Positions 1 to 11,240 of a stretch of 64,000 bases of DNA are shown piece after piece. Source of the DNA: an uncultured Chloroflexia bacterium (lineage in GTDB: Bacteria > Chloroflexota > Limnocylindria > Limnocylindrales > CSP1-4); assembly GCA_963790955.1 (NCBI GenBank), contig CAWBQM010000001.1, positions 262,285-326,284 on the forward strand, read 5' to 3'. The notes below the pieces were generated by a model. It searched no databases. It saw nothing but the letters and a program-made list of their open reading frames with translations, and was not told the DNA's origin. The stretch's first letter is position 1. The number at the start of each line of letters is the position of its first letter. The position numbers were made by a program, and so were the translations under genes.

Positions 1-497
1 CCCCGTTGCCGACCGGCCTTCGGGCGGAGCGCGAGCTGGTCGACGTGCTGCTCGAGCGGCGCATCGCCGTCCACGAGCTGCGCGACAGCCTCGAGGCCGT
101 GCTGCCATCGGGGCATCGGCTGGTGGCGGCGTGGGACGTGTGGCTCGGCGCGCCGGCGCTCCAGGCGTCGGTCCTGGCGGCCGTGTATCGGATGCCCCTT
201 GCGGACGAGCCCGACCGGGTGAGGCTCCGGGCGGCCGTTGGTCAGGTGCTGGCCGCGCAGCACCTGCCGCGCGAGCGGCGGCGAGGCGACCGAACGGTCG
301 AGTACGACCTGCGGCCGCTCATCGCGGCAATCGACCTCGACGAGGTGCCGCTCGGTCTGCGCATTCGAGCCCGAATCGACCCGAGCCGGGGCAGCGGTCG
401 ACCCGAGGAGATCCTCGCCGTCCTCGCCGAACGGTCCGCCATGGACCTGGTCCCCGTCGAGACGATCCGCGAGCGCCTCGTGCTCATCGACGACTGA
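1..497 (+). CDS. TIGR03936/DUF2344 radical SAM-associated protein, 5'-truncated by window edge
   Basis: C-terminal half typical of the family: 'SLEAVLPSGHRLVAAWDV', 'RRGDRTVEYDLRPLI', 'GSGRPEEIL'. Stop TGA at 495-497. Confidence 0.75.
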   Translation, partial: PLPTGLRAERELVDVLLERRIAVHELRDSLEAVLPSGHRLVAAWDVWLGAPALQASVLAAVYRMPLADEPDRVRLRAAVGQVLAAQHLPRERRRGDRTVEYDLRPLIAAIDLDEVPLGLRIRARIDPSRGSGRPEEILAVLAERSAMDLVPVETIRERLVLIDD

Positions 498-1037
498 ATC
501 TCGGTCCTCGGGGCATCTGTCCGGGCGTGGACTGTCGAAACACACGGCGCCGCCGAGGGGAAACGACTGCTCCTGCGCGCCCCCGTCGTTCACGCGGAAC
601 CGCAGGGTCAGGCGATCGAAGTCGATCCGTTCCGGGTGATCGGCCGTGAACGACAGCACGATCTGCGCCTGACCGTCGGCCCCCGACAGGCGGTAGCCGG
701 CGAGCGGGTGCGCGACCTCCGAGAACGAGGCCCCGGACGCCAGGCGATCGCCCTCCATGCCGCCGATCCCCCCGCCGGTCTCGGCCAGCCTGACGACGTA
801 CGGGGTGTACTTGCCGACGTGTGGACCGTCGAGCGTCAGCGATTCGAGCTCGACGCTGTCGCCCGGCTGGACCGCGAGATTCGCCGCGCCGAGGAGCGCC
901 GGTCGCCCGACGCTCGCCGGTCCGGAAATCCGGGCCGAGTTGGGTGCCGAGAAGTACGCGGCGGTCGGCCCCGAGCACGCCATCGCCGCGCTCATCGCGA
1001 CCGCCGCCAACGCCCCGACGCGGTCTCTAGAAATCAC
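484..1037 (-). CDS. Putative lipoprotein, not in the ORF track
   Basis: Hand translation from GTG 1037: MISRDRVGALAAVAMSAAMA-C-SGPTAAYFSAPNS...FDRLTLRFRVNDGGAQEQSFPLGGAVCF. It has a charged N-region, a hydrophobic stretch and a lipobox-like AMAC. No in-frame stop before it runs antisense into DUF2344, so the 3' end is uncertain (probable indel near 510). Confidence 0.55.
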
Positions 1038-2214
1038 TCGCGTAGATGACCCCGGCGTAGTCGGGATAGGTCGTGAGGCCGTACAGGTAGTGGTGGGCGC
1101 GGCTCCCGAACTGGTAGGCGTACTTCACGAACGAGCTCGCGCCGCTCTGTGCCGACAGGCTGGCCCCGAAGACGGACACCGCGCCGCTGATGCCCGACAG
1201 GTCGCTCGTCGAGCGCGCGTAGTCCCAGCCCGGCCCGAAGTCGTAGTAGAAGTAATCCGAATGGTCTCGGTTGTCCCAGTAGCTGATCGAGCTCGTCCCG
1301 TCCTGGCCGCCGCCGATCCAGGTGATGGCCTCGGTGTGATCCTGGTTCTGGTACACCTCGCCTTCGTAGCAGTCGGCGTACAGCCTCCACAGCCCGTACA
1401 GGAACTGCGAGAGCTCGTAGCGGTAGTAGTACGAGCCGGCCGTCTTGGTCGAGGCCGACGAGCGCGTGTTGCCGATGTGGACCGAACCGCCGATGTTCCA
1501 CGGCCCCGCGCCGTACTTGTAGCCCACGCTGATGTTGGAATCCGCGGTCCTGCCGTAGGTGAACTGGGCCTTGATCGTGTCGGCCGACGTGTGCAGCTGG
1601 CCGACCTCGGTCCATTTCCTGCTCGTGCTCACGAGCTTCCAGTGCCAGTTGCTGCAGCTCGAGCCCGCCAGCGGCCGGATCGCTGCGTTCCCGATCGCGG
1701 TCGCGCCGCCTTCGCTCGACGTCGAGATCGGTGCGAGGTCCGGCACCACGAGACGAGTGGCACCCCGGGCGTGCGCTTCCGCTGCCTGCGATCGCTCGGC
1801 CCCGATGTACATCGAAAACGCGGTGAAGGAGATCGGCGCGCCCTCGGGGCTCAGGGCCGCCGCCTGGAGATTCAGCCAGTCGCCATTCGCGCGAACGGCG
1901 GCCCGCTCGGCATGGGTGAGGCGCAGCGTCCAGGTTGCCCGGCCGTCGGCTGTCGTGACCGCCGGAATGCCCAGTGGGATGTCCTTCGGCCGCGCCTCGC
2001 CCGTTGGCAGGAGCACGAGAGCCACGCGCTCACCGCCGCGGGCGACGCCGGCGGCGTCGACCACCGACAGACCGACCCGCACGCCGGCATCGGCTGCCGC
2101 CGCGACGCCCGCCATCGGGGCGACGGCGGCGGTCAGGGCCGCACAGCACAGCACCGACAGCAGACGGATGGGGTTCAACCGGCGGCTGCAACGCGTATCT
2201 GGACCCAACGTCAT
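1027..2214 (-). CDS. Secreted hypothetical protein, Tyr/Ser/Gly-rich beta-type C-terminal domain
   Basis: Signal peptide 'RRLNPIRLLSVLCCAALTAAVAPMAGVAAAA-DAG', Tyr/Trp-rich mature region. GGAGG just upstream of ATG 2214; exact start uncertain. Confidence 0.7.
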   Translation of the reverse strand: MTLGPDTRCSRRLNPIRLLSVLCCAALTAAVAPMAGVAAAADAGVRVGLSVVDAAGVARGGERVALVLLPTGEARPKDIPLGIPAVTTADGRATWTLRLTHAERAAVRANGDWLNLQAAALSPEGAPISFTAFSMYIGAERSQAAEAHARGATRLVVPDLAPISTSSEGGATAIGNAAIRPLAGSSCSNWHWKLVSTSRKWTEVGQLHTSADTIKAQFTYGRTADSNISVGYKYGAGPWNIGGSVHIGNTRSSASTKTAGSYYYRYELSQFLYGLWRLYADCYEGEVYQNQDHTEAITWIGGGQDGTSSISYWDNRDHSDYFYYDFGPGWDYARSTSDLSGISGAVSVFGASLSAQSGASSFVKYAYQFGSRAHHYLYGLTTYPDYAGVIYASDF

Positions 2215-2426
2215 CCTCCATCCAGGCGGCATGGGTCGACGGACCGTTCCTGTGCTCGGCGGCCTCCTTCCTGGCACGCTCGCCCGGCGGAATTGCCCCG
2301 GCGACGGGAGTCACCGGGACCGATGCTCGCGGCCGGATGCCAACGATGCCGCGCCGCTCTTATCCGCGGCGTATCTGGCCCTCTCCTGCCACTCAACGTC
2401 CGGAGCGAATTCACTCGGAGCCGAGT

Positions 2427-2456
2427 TTGACGCTCGGGGCGCACGCGGCATACACT
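2427..2456 (+). promoter_or_regulatory. Sigma70-type promoter of rplU-rpmA
   Basis: TTGACG (2427-2432), 18 nt, TACACT (2451-2456). Confidence 0.6.
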
Positions 2457-2544
2457 CCCCCTTCGCGCCTCGGCGTTGCCGAGCGTTTCTTCCTGTCCAC
2501 AGACGTGCGGTCGACGCTGGCCGCCGGTCAGCTTCCGAGGATCC

Positions 2545-3309
2545 ATGTACGCAGTCATCGAGACCGGCGGTAAGCAGTACCGCGTCGAGGTCGGCACCGA
2601 GCTCGAGGTCGAGTTGCTCGAGGCCGAGCCGGGCCAGTCGATCCAGCTGGAGCGCGTCCTGCTCGTGGCCGACGGCGACGAGGCGGCAGTCGGGCGACCG
2701 GTCGTGGCCGACGCCACGGTCAGTGCCGAGGTGCTCCGCCAGGATCGCGGCGACAAGGTCATCTCGTTCAAGTACCGGCCGAAGGCGCGGCGACGGGTCA
2801 AGCACGGCCACCGCCAGGAGCTGACGATCCTGCGCATCAGCGACATCCGTTCGGTGGCAAGAGCGCTGCCGATGCGGCCTGCAAGGCCGAGGCCGATCGC
2901 CAAGACCGAGCGCGAGCGGCTCGAGGAGGCCGCGGCCCGCCAGGCCGCCGAGGACGCCGCGCTCGCGGCCCGCCTCGCCGGCCAGCAGGCGCCCGCCACC
3001 CCGGCCCCGAAGCGTGCTCGTGCCTCGAAGGCGTCGGACACGGCGGGGCCGAGGAGAAGCCGTCGACGCCGCGCCGCCGAACCGAGGCGAAGGCCGCCGA
3101 GGCGGGCACGAAGACCGAGGCGGGCACGAAGACCGAGGCGCGCAGCGAAGACCGAGTCGCGCACGAAGACCGCGGGGCGCACGAAGACGGGCACCGCCGA
3201 CAAGGGCGATGCGGGCTCCAAGACCGACGCCGGCACGGGCGCAGCCGATGCGGCCGGCACCGAGGCGAGCGCCAAGCCGCGCCGCCGCAGCACGAAGAAG
3301 GACGACTGA
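2545..3309 (+). CDS. rplU: 50S ribosomal protein bL21 with long Ala/Lys/Thr/Glu-rich C-terminal extension
   Basis: '[14 protein letters not shown]...[26 protein letters not shown]' followed by about 150 low-complexity residues; the extension probably contains indels. Confidence 0.95.
   Translation: MYAVIETGGKQYRVEVGTELEVELLEAEPGQSIQLERVLLVADGDEAAVGRPVVADATVSAEVLRQDRGDKVISFKYRPKARRRVKHGHRQELTILRISDIRSVARALPMRPARPRPIAKTERERLEEAAARQAAEDAALAARLAGQQAPATPAPKRARASKASDTAGPRRSRRRRAAEPRRRPPRRARRPRRARRPRRAAKTESRTKTAGRTKTGTADKGDAGSKTDAGTGAADAAGTEASAKPRRRSTKKDD
3105..3190 (+). repeat. Degenerate ~18-bp tandem repeat inside the rplU extension
   Basis: Repeated unit 'gaagaccgaggcgggcac' and variants, about 4-5 copies, encoding TKTEAG-like hexapeptides. 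Confidence 0.7.
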
Positions 3310-3311
3310 CC

Positions 3312-3602
3312 ATGGCCCACAAGAAAGCCGGATCGAGCTCGAAGAACGGGCGCGACAGCGTCGGCCAGCGGCTCGGCGTCAAGGTCGGCGACGGCCAGCT
3401 CGTCAGCGCCGGATCGATCATCGTCCGCCAGCGGGGGATGACGTTCCTGGCCGGGAGCGGCGCGGGCCTCGGGCGCGACTACACCGTGTTCGCCACCGTG
3501 GACGGTCACGTCCGGTTCGAGCACGCGACGAAGGACAAGAAGCGCATCCGGGTCGTACCGAAGGCCGAGGCTGCCGCCGAACCGGCGCCGCCCTCCGCCT
3601 GA
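3312..3602 (+). CDS. rpmA: 50S ribosomal protein bL27
   Basis: '[24 protein letters not shown]...IIVRQRG'. Confidence 0.97.
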   Translation: MAHKKAGSSSKNGRDSVGQRLGVKVGDGQLVSAGSIIVRQRGMTFLAGSGAGLGRDYTVFATVDGHVRFEHATKDKKRIRVVPKAEAAAEPAPPSA

Positions 3603-3677
3603 CGCCTACCCGAAACAAGCCGGCGATCACCGGCGGGGCACAGTGACCCCGAGCGGACGACGTCGGAGGAGAGACAC

Positions 3678-3897
3678 GTGAAAGCCGACATCCATCCCAA
3701 GTACTACGAGGCCCAGCGTCCACTGCGGCTCGTGCGGCACCGAGTTCACCGTGGGCAGCACCCGCGAGGAGCTTCGGGTCGACGTGTGCAGCAACTGCCA
3801 CCCGTTCTTCACGGGCAAGCAGACCATCATGGACACGGCCGGCCAGGTCGAGCGGTTCCAGAAGCGCCTCGAGCGTCAGGTTCGGGCGGCGGGCTGA
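3678..3897 (+). CDS. rpmE: 50S ribosomal protein bL31, Zn-binding type (one indel)
   Basis: 'MKADIHPKY' then, in a shifted frame, '[34 protein letters not shown]'. Confidence 0.93.
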
Positions 3898-3928
3898 TCC
3901 GACCGCGGACCGCCTGCCGGCGACACGG

Positions 3929-3952
3929 ATGGCGGGCCTTCGGGCCCGCCGT
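3929..3952 (+). terminator. Stem-loop after rpmE (likely intrinsic terminator)
   Basis: ggcgggcc-TTCG-ggcccgcc hairpin with a UUCG tetraloop; short U-tail. Confidence 0.55.
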
Positions 3953-4010
3953 TACGATGCCCCGGCCGGCATGCGGCACGCTCTCGGCGACTCGGTAGAC
4001 TGACGCCAGC

Positions 4011-4963
4011 ATGCCCAGATTCACCTACGGTGGCCAGGCTCTCATCGAGGGCGTGCTCATGCGCGGTCGCGATGCGATCGCGGTGGCGCTGCGCCATCCC
4101 GACGGCCGCATCGTGTGGGCCACCGAACGGCTCGACTCCGGATTCCACGGCACGCGCTGGTCGAGACTGCCGTTCGTGCGCGGGCTCGTCGTCCTGTACG
4201 AGACGCTCGTCGTCGGCACGCGCTGGCTGGTCCGCTCGGCGAGCGTGGCCGCGGCCGAGGAGGGCGTGGAGCTCGGCAAGGGCTCGATCGCGCTGATGCT
4301 CGGCCTGACGCTCGCCGCCGGCGTCGGGCATCTTCTTCCTGCTGCCACTGCTCGTCGCGAGCGCGGCGGCCGGCAACGTCGAGAACGGCCTCGTCCAGCA
4401 CGCCATCGAGGGCCTCGTCCGGGTCGGCATCTTCTTCGCCTACCTGATCGTCATCTCGATGGCACCCGACGTGCGGCCGGGTGTTCCAGTACCACGGCGC
4501 CGAGCACATGACGATCCACGCCCTCGAGCATGGCGATCCGCTCACACTCGATGCCGTGCGCCGCTATCCGACCGCGCACCGCGCTGCGGGACCGAGTTCC
4601 TCGTGGTCGTCATCGCGCTCTCGATCGTGGCCTTCAGCCTGGTCGGCCGGCAGGAGGCGTTGGTCATGGTCGGCAGCCGGATCGTGCTCATCCCGGTCAT
4701 CGCCGCCGTCGGCTACGAGCTCCTTCGGGCGGGTGCGCGCTATCGCTCCAACCCGATCGTCCGGGCGATCATGTACCGCCGGCATCCTGGTCCAGATGAT
4801 CACGACCAGCAGCCGATCGACGGACATGATCGAGGTCGCGATCGTCTCGATGGAGCAGGCGCTGGTGGCCGACGGCGAGACCCTGCCGGCCGGCAGCGGC
4901 ATCCTCGAGCGCGATCCGCTCATCCTGCCCGGCGCGGCGCCGGCACCGGGCTCGGGCACGTGA
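4011..4963 (+). CDS. DUF1385 (YqhQ-like) membrane protein, frameshifted
   Basis: 'YGGQALIEGVLMRG', 'FQYHGAEHMTIHA', 'CGT(E)FL', 'QMITT...DMIEVAI' spread over several frames. Confidence 0.85.
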
Positions 4964-6081
4964 GCACCGCCACCCGGGACGGCTTCGAAGCCAAGCTGTC
5001 CGACGTCGCCCACCAGTACGACGACCTGCAGGCCGAGCTGCTGCTGCCGGCCACGAGCGCCGATCCCGACGCGCTGCGACGCCTGGGCCGGGAGCTCGCC
5101 CGACTGGAGCCGGTGGTCGCCGCCTTCCGGCGCCTCGAGGCCGTTCGTGCGGAGCTCGCCGGGGCGCACGAGATGCGGGACGCCGAGCACGACGAGGAGC
5201 TCCGGGCGCTGGCCCGTGACGAGATCGAGCGCCTCCAGGCCGACGAGGTCCGGCTGGTCAAGGAGCTGCAAGGTCCTGCTCCTTCCGCGCGACCCGAACG
5301 ACGAACGCAGCGTGGTCATGGAGATCCGGGCCGGCGCCGGTGGCGAGGAGGCGGCGCTGTTCGCCGCGGAGCTGCTGCGCATGTATCTCGCGCTACGCCG
5401 AGCGGCGGCGCTGGCACGCGGACGTCGTGAGCCGCAACGAGACCGGCATCGGCGGCGTGAAGGAGGCGATCCTCGAGGTCAGCGGACGCGGTGCCTACAG
5501 CCGGCTCAAGTACGAGGGCGGCATGCACCGAGTGCAGCGCATCCCGAGCACCGAGTCGTCCGGTCGGATCCACACCTCGACGGCGACGGTCATCGTCATG
5601 CCCGAGGCGGAGGACGTCGAGATCGACATCGACGAGGAGCACGACCTGCGGATCGAGGTCAAGCGCTCGTCCGGCCCGGGCGGCCAGTCGCGTGAACACG
5701 ACCAACTCGGCCGTGCGCATCACCCACCTGCCCGACCGGCCTCGTCGTCGAGATCCAGGACGAGCGCAGCCAGATCAAGAACAAGGCCAAGGCGCTCTCG
5801 ATCCTGCGCAGCCGGCTGCTACGAGATGGAGCTCGCCAAGCAGCGCGCGGCGCGAGTCGGCGACGCGCCGATCGATGATCGGAGCGGGCGACCGCGCGGA
5901 GAAGATCCGGACCTACAACTACCCCCAGAACCGCGTGACCGACCACCGAATCCACAAGGACCTGCACGATCTGCCGGGCTTCCTCGCGGGCGATCTGGAC
6001 GAGATGATCGATTCCCTGCGCGCCAGCGACCAGGCCGATCGCCTGAGCGAGATCGGGCAGGAATCGGGTCTTGCCGTCTGA
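4960..6081 (+). CDS. prfA: Peptide chain release factor 1, frameshifted
   Basis: '[15 protein letters not shown]', '[18 protein letters not shown]' (PxT anticodon of RF1), 'SGPGGQ', '[15 protein letters not shown]'. Confidence 0.93.
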
Positions 6082-8503
6082 CGGGCTGCGGTCGGCCGCG
6101 ACCGACGGCACCGACGCCGACGGGTCGGTCGCCACGCAGGGCGGCCGGCGCGGCAGACCGCCCGAGGTCCGACCGGCGCCGCACCGCCGCCCGGCGCGCA
6201 TGCCTGGCGTGCGCTACGTCCCGGTTCCGCCTGCCGACATCGTCGCCGCGACCGATCTCGGCTCCGTGCTCGTGCTCAAGCACGGCAATTTGTATCTGCT
6301 GACCGATCAGTTCGGCGACATCCATGCGGACTCGCGGGGGCTGGGCCTGTACCGCAACGACACGCGCACCCTGGGCGCCGCCTCGCTGCGGGTCAACGGC
6401 ACCCGCCTCGCGCTGCTCCAGGCCGCGCCCGGCGGCACCTACCAGGGCACGATCGAGATGACGAACCCGGGCCCGCTGCGCGACCTGCGCGGCAAGATCG
6501 AGCCCGAGGACGCGTCCTCCCCGTTGGCCCGGCGGACGCTCGGCATCCGGCGCGAGCGGATCCTGGCCGGCGCGCTGCGCGAGGTCGTCCATGTCGTCAA
6601 CCACGCCGAGGGCGAGGCCGAGGTCGTGCTCGACCTGCATCTCGGGGTCGACGATGCGGACATCTTCGAGGTGCGCGGCTACCAGCGCGACCGGCGCGGC
6701 GAGCTGCTGCCCGCCGCCCTGGCGCCGGACGGCGGCAGGGTGACGTTCGGCTACGAGGGCCTCGACGGGCGCCTGCGCCAGACCCACGTCGCGTTCTCCG
6801 AGCCGGCCGAGCTGTCGGCCGAGCAGCCCGATGACGATTCGCACGGACTGGCCGGCGCGAGCCTGCGGGCGACCTGGAGCTGGCGGCTGCCGGCAGGCGC
6901 CGACCGCTCGCTCGAATGGACCGTATGGGATGACACCACCCCGCCCGATCTCGAGATCCCGGGACCCGACGGCCGCGCCCACGACGTGGAGCCCGAGCGT
7001 GACAGCCTGCCCGTTCCGCCGCTGTTCCCGGACCCGCCCCTGGTTCGCGCGGACGAGGCCGCCGCGGCGTATCACGCCTGGATGCGGGGCACGACCGAGG
7101 TCGAAATCGGACAACGAGCTGTTCAATCTCGTGCTGGCCAGATCCCGCGAGGACCTGCGGCTGCTGGTCAACGAGGGGCCCGGTCCGGGCGAGCGCTACG
7201 TCGCGGCCGGCGTGCCGTGGTTCACGACGCTGTTCGGGCGCGACGCGGTCACGATCGGCCTGCAGACGCTCGCCTTCCGACCGCAGATCGCGATCGAGAC
7301 CCTCGGCGTGCTCGCCGCGCGACAGGCCACGGAGGTCGATCCGTGGCGCGACGCCGAGCCGGGCAAGATGCTGCACGAGCTGCGCACGGGCGAGATGGCG
7401 CGGACCGGCGAGCTGCCGTTCGCCCCGTACTACGGCTCGGTCGACGCGACGCCGCTGTGGCTGATCCTGCTCGGCGAGACGTTCGACTGGACGGGCGACC
7501 GGGCCCTCGTCGATCGGCTGTGGCCCAATGCGATGGCGGCCCTGCGCTGGATCGACGAATGGGGCGACCGGGACGGCGACGGCTTCGTCGAGTACGAGCG
7601 GCACAGTGAGCGCGGCCTGATCAACCAGGGCTGGAAGGACTCCGCCGACGCGGTTCGCGATCGGAACGGCGTCATCGCCCGGGCGCCCATCGCGCTGGTC
7701 GAGGTCCAGGGCTACGTCTACGACGCGAAGCGCCGCATGGCGGCCTCGCAGCGATGCGCGGCGACCACGACCTTGCCGACCGTCTGGAGCGCGAGGCGAA
7801 TGCCCTGCGCAACCGGTTCGAGGAGGCGTTCTATCGAGGACGAGCACTTCTACGCGATGGCCCTCGATGCCGACAAGCGGCGCATGCGACGCCATCGCCT
7901 CGAACGCCGGCCAGTGCCTGTGGTCGCGGCATCGTGTCGCCCGAGCGAGCGCCGCGGCGTGGCGACCCGCCTGCTCGACCGCGGCCTGTTCTCCGGCTGG
8001 GGCATCCGGACCTACGCCGCCGATCAGCCGGGCTTCAACCCGATCGGCTATCACACCGGCACGGTCTGGCCGCACGACATGTCGATCATCGCCGCCGGCC
8101 TGAAGCGGTATGGCTTCCACGACGAGGCCAACGAGCTGATCGGCCGGGTCTCCAGGCCGCCCAGCAGTTCCCGGCGTCCCGTCTGCCCGAGCTGTTCTGC
8201 GGCTTCGAGCGCGAGGAGACCGGCTTGCCGGTGCCGTATCCGGTGGCCTGCTCGCCGCAGGGCTGGGCCGCGGGCGCACCGTTCCTGTTCCTGGCCACGA
8301 TGCTCGGGCTGCATGCCCACGCCGATCGCGGCGAGCTCGAGCTCGCGCGACCGCAGCTGCCCGACTGGCTGCGCAGCATCCGCCTGCGCAACCTGCGTGT
8401 GGGCGATGCTGTCGTCGACCTGCTGTTCCATTCGTGGCGGGGGACGACGAGCGCCGAGGTCCTGCGCAAGACCGGAGACGTGTCGGTGACGATCCGCCTT
8501 TGA
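6071..8503 (+). CDS. Amylo-alpha-1,6-glucosidase / glycogen debranching family glycoside hydrolase, frameshifted
   Basis: '[15 protein letters not shown]', '[12 protein letters not shown]', '[10 protein letters not shown]', 'NQGWKDS', '[10 protein letters not shown]', 'LPELFCG', '[10 protein letters not shown]'. Start may be ATG 6200. Confidence 0.88.
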
Positions 8504-8528
8504 GGCGGTCGAGCGCCGACGGCCACCG

Positions 8529-9492
8529 ATGCCCACGATCGACGAGGTGCTCCGGAGCGCGATCGACCGGCTGCGCGCCTCGGGCTCCGAATCGCCCCGG
8601 CTCGATGCCGAGCTGCTCCTGGCCCGGGCGATCGGCACCGATCGAACCGGGGTCATCGCCCATCCGCGAGGCACCGGTCGGGAGCGACGCCGTGCGCGGC
8701 TTCGAGGCCGACGTGGCGCGGCGCGAGCGCGGCGAACCGGTCGCTTACATCCGCGGCCTCAAGGAGTTCTACGGCCTGGCCTTCGGCGCCGACCCGCGGG
8801 CGCTCATTCCCCGGCCCGAGACCGAGCGGCTGGTCGAGCTCGCCGAAGGTGAGGTCGCGGGTCGCCTGACCTCGGCGCCGCACGCCCCCGACGCGCCTCC
8901 GCTCCGGATCGTCGACGTGGGCACCGGCGCGGGCACGATCGCGATCGCGCTCGGCACGCGGCTGCGCAAACGTGGGATGGCCGACGCGGTCGACGTCCTC
9001 GCAACCGACGTCTCTGGCGAGGCGCTGTCGCTCGCCCGTGAGAACGCGGTCGGCCACGGCATCGCCGACATCGTGCGCTTCGCCGAGGCGGACCTGATCC
9101 CGCGGGATGAGGCGCCGTTCGACCTCGTGCTCGCGAACCTGCCCTACATCCCGAGCGCCGTCATCCCGGCGCTGCCGATCGCGGCGTCGTTCGAGCCGGT
9201 CGCGGCCCTCGACGGCGGCCCCGACGGGTTGGCCGTCATCCGCCGGCTCCTCGCGCGCCTGCCGGAAGTGCTCGGCCCGGGTGGCGTCGCGCTGCTGGAG
9301 ATGGGTTCGGACCAGGGCGCGGCGATCGCCCACGAGCTCGAGCGGCTGCCGGGCGATTGGGTCCTCCACGTCGAGCCCGACCTGTCGGGCGCGCCCCGCG
9401 TGGCCTCGATCGAGCGCCAGCCGACCGACGACGTCGGCGCGCCCACGGCGTCCGGTGCTCCGGCCGGGAGGGTCGAGGTCGCGGATGGCTGA
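8529..9492 (+). CDS. prmC: Release factor glutamine methyltransferase, frameshifted
   Basis: 'SPRLDAELLL', 'GEPVAYIRG', 'LIPRPETE', 'DVGTGAGTIA', 'ANLPYIP', 'ALDGGPDGL'. Confidence 0.92.
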
Positions 9493-10480
9493 TCGATCCC
9501 AGTCACCCGATGCCGGCGTACGGCCGATCCTCCCGATCCGCCTCGTCGCGCTCGACATCGACGGCACGCTCGTCGGCGACGACCTGGTCCTCGGGGAGCG
9601 GACGGTGGCCGCCGTCCGCGCCGTCGTCGGGCGGGGCGTGCACGTGTCGATCGCGACCGGTCGGATGCCCAGCTCGGCGATGCGCTTCGCCCTGCCACTC
9701 GGGCTCGTCGACCCGATCGTGTCGTACCAGGGTGGGCTCATCCGGGCGATGCCCGCGACCGCCGCGGGACAGCCCCGAGGGGCGCATGGCCGGGCGAGCG
9801 GCGAGCGGATCGGCCGGCTGCTCGTCCACACACCCCTGCCGGCGGCGGTCGCGCGCGACGCGGTTGCGTGGTGCCGGGCGCGGGGGCTCGACCCGCACGT
9901 CAACCACCTGGAGCGCTTCGTGATCCAGGCCGACGACCCGTGGATCGAGGACTATTCCTCGTTCGCGGGCTCGCGCGTCGAGGTCGTCGACGATCTGCTC
10001 GAATGGCTGCGCCATCCGGTCACGAAGGTGATCGCGGTCGGACGCGAGCCGGCGCCGGAGCGCGCCCTCGACGAGGCACGGCGCATCTTCGACGGTCGAG
10101 CGACCGCGACGATCAGTCATCCACGCTACCTGGAGTTCGTGGCGCCCGGTGTGACGAAGGGTCGGGCCGTGCGCTGGCTGGCGCGCCGCTTCCGTGTCCC
10201 GCTCGGTGCCGTGCTGGCCATCGGCGACCAGCTCAACGATCTCGAGATGCTGGTCGGGGTCGGACACGGCGCGGCGATGCCCAGCGCGCCGGCGGCGGTG
10301 CTCGCGGCGGCGCGCTACCTTGCCCCGCCGGTCGAGGCCGAGGGCGTGGCCCAGGTGCTCGAATTGCTCGTGCTCGGGTCGGACGACTCGGCCCTGCGGG
10401 CGGCCGAGGGCCTGGCGGCGGCCGCCCGGCACGGGACGCCGGTCGACGCGGGCCAGCCGGATGAGGCACTCAGCGCATGA
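9485..10480 (+). CDS. Cof-type HAD-IIB hydrolase
   Basis: 'ALDIDGTL', 'IATGR', 'GVTKGRA', '[12 protein letters not shown]'. Confidence 0.9.
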   Translation: MADRSQSPDAGVRPILPIRLVALDIDGTLVGDDLVLGERTVAAVRAVVGRGVHVSIATGRMPSSAMRFALPLGLVDPIVSYQGGLIRAMPATAAGQPRGAHGRASGERIGRLLVHTPLPAAVARDAVAWCRARGLDPHVNHLERFVIQADDPWIEDYSSFAGSRVEVVDDLLEWLRHPVTKVIAVGREPAPERALDEARRIFDGRATATISHPRYLEFVAPGVTKGRAVRWLARRFRVPLGAVLAIGDQLNDLEMLVGVGHGAAMPSAPAAVLAAARYLAPPVEAEGVAQVLELLVLGSDDSALRAAEGLAAAARHGTPVDAGQPDEALSA

Positions 10481-11148
10481 ACGACGTGCCCGGCCTGCCG
10501 GAGCACCGGCCCCTCGTGCTGCCGGCGGACCCGACCGGCCACCGCGCGGCCATCGAGATCCTGCTCCAGGGCGGCATCGTCGGGCTGCCGACCGACACGG
10601 TGTATGGGATCGCCTGTGCGCTCGACGTGCCGGGTGGCGTCGAGCGCCTGTTCGAAGCCAAGTCCCGGCCGCCGGACAAGGCGATCATGGTCCTCGCCGA
10701 CGGCCTCGACCAGCTCGCGGCGACGGTCGCGCTGCCGCCCGCCGCGCGTGCGCTCGAGCGGCTATGGCCGGGCGGATTGACACTCGTCCTGCCGCTGCTC
10801 GCCGGGGCGCGGCTGCCCCCCGCCCTGAGTGCGGGCACGGCGACACTCGGCGTGCGCGTGCCCGACCACCCCACACCACGTGCCATCGCGCGCGCCATCG
10901 GCCCGATCCCGACCACCTCCGCCAATCGCTCGGGCGAGCCGTCCGCGCTCGATGCGGCGACCGTCGTCGACACGCTCGGGCATGCCCTGGGGCTGGTGCT
11001 CGACGGCGGGCCGTCGGCGGGTGGCGTGGCGTCCACCGTGGTCGACTGTTCGGCCGGGCGCCCGCAGATCGTGCGCGCGGGCGCAATCGGCGCCGACGTC
11101 ATCGCGCAGCTGCTCGACGAGGCAGACGTCGCCCACGACCCGTTCTGA
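10477..11148 (+). CDS. tsaC: L-threonylcarbamoyladenylate synthase (TsaC/YrdC/Sua5)
   Basis: 'LPTDTVYGI', 'KSRPPDK', 'WPGGLTLV', 'GVRVPDH', 'TTSANRSG'. Confidence 0.92.
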   Translation: MNDVPGLPEHRPLVLPADPTGHRAAIEILLQGGIVGLPTDTVYGIACALDVPGGVERLFEAKSRPPDKAIMVLADGLDQLAATVALPPAARALERLWPGGLTLVLPLLAGARLPPALSAGTATLGVRVPDHPTPRAIARAIGPIPTTSANRSGEPSALDAATVVDTLGHALGLVLDGGPSAGGVASTVVDCSAGRPQIVRAGAIGADVIAQLLDEADVAHDPF

Positions 11149-11169
11149 GCTGTGGGACCATAGCCGCCC

Positions 11170-11209
11170 GAGGCGAGGTCGACGGGCTCCAGAGGCGAGG
11201 TCGACGGGC
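11170..11209 (+). repeat. 18-bp direct repeat (22-bp period) upstream of glyA
   Basis: 'gaggcgaggtcgacgggc' at 11170-11187 and 11192-11209. Confidence 0.8.
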
Positions 11210-11240
11210 CGATCCGAGTGGATCCCGGAAGGAGGAACGC

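Noticed and set aside
757-2824. Long plus-strand ORFs (557 aa, 421 aa) and similar antisense or alternate-frame ORFs throughout
   Set aside because: These are shadow ORFs expected at high GC; they overlap better-supported genes and have no recognisable motifs.
4960-6081. Programmed frameshift in the release factor gene
   Set aside because: The gene is RF1 (PxT motif), has several shifts, and lacks the prfB CTT-TGA site with its internal SD. These are sequencing errors.
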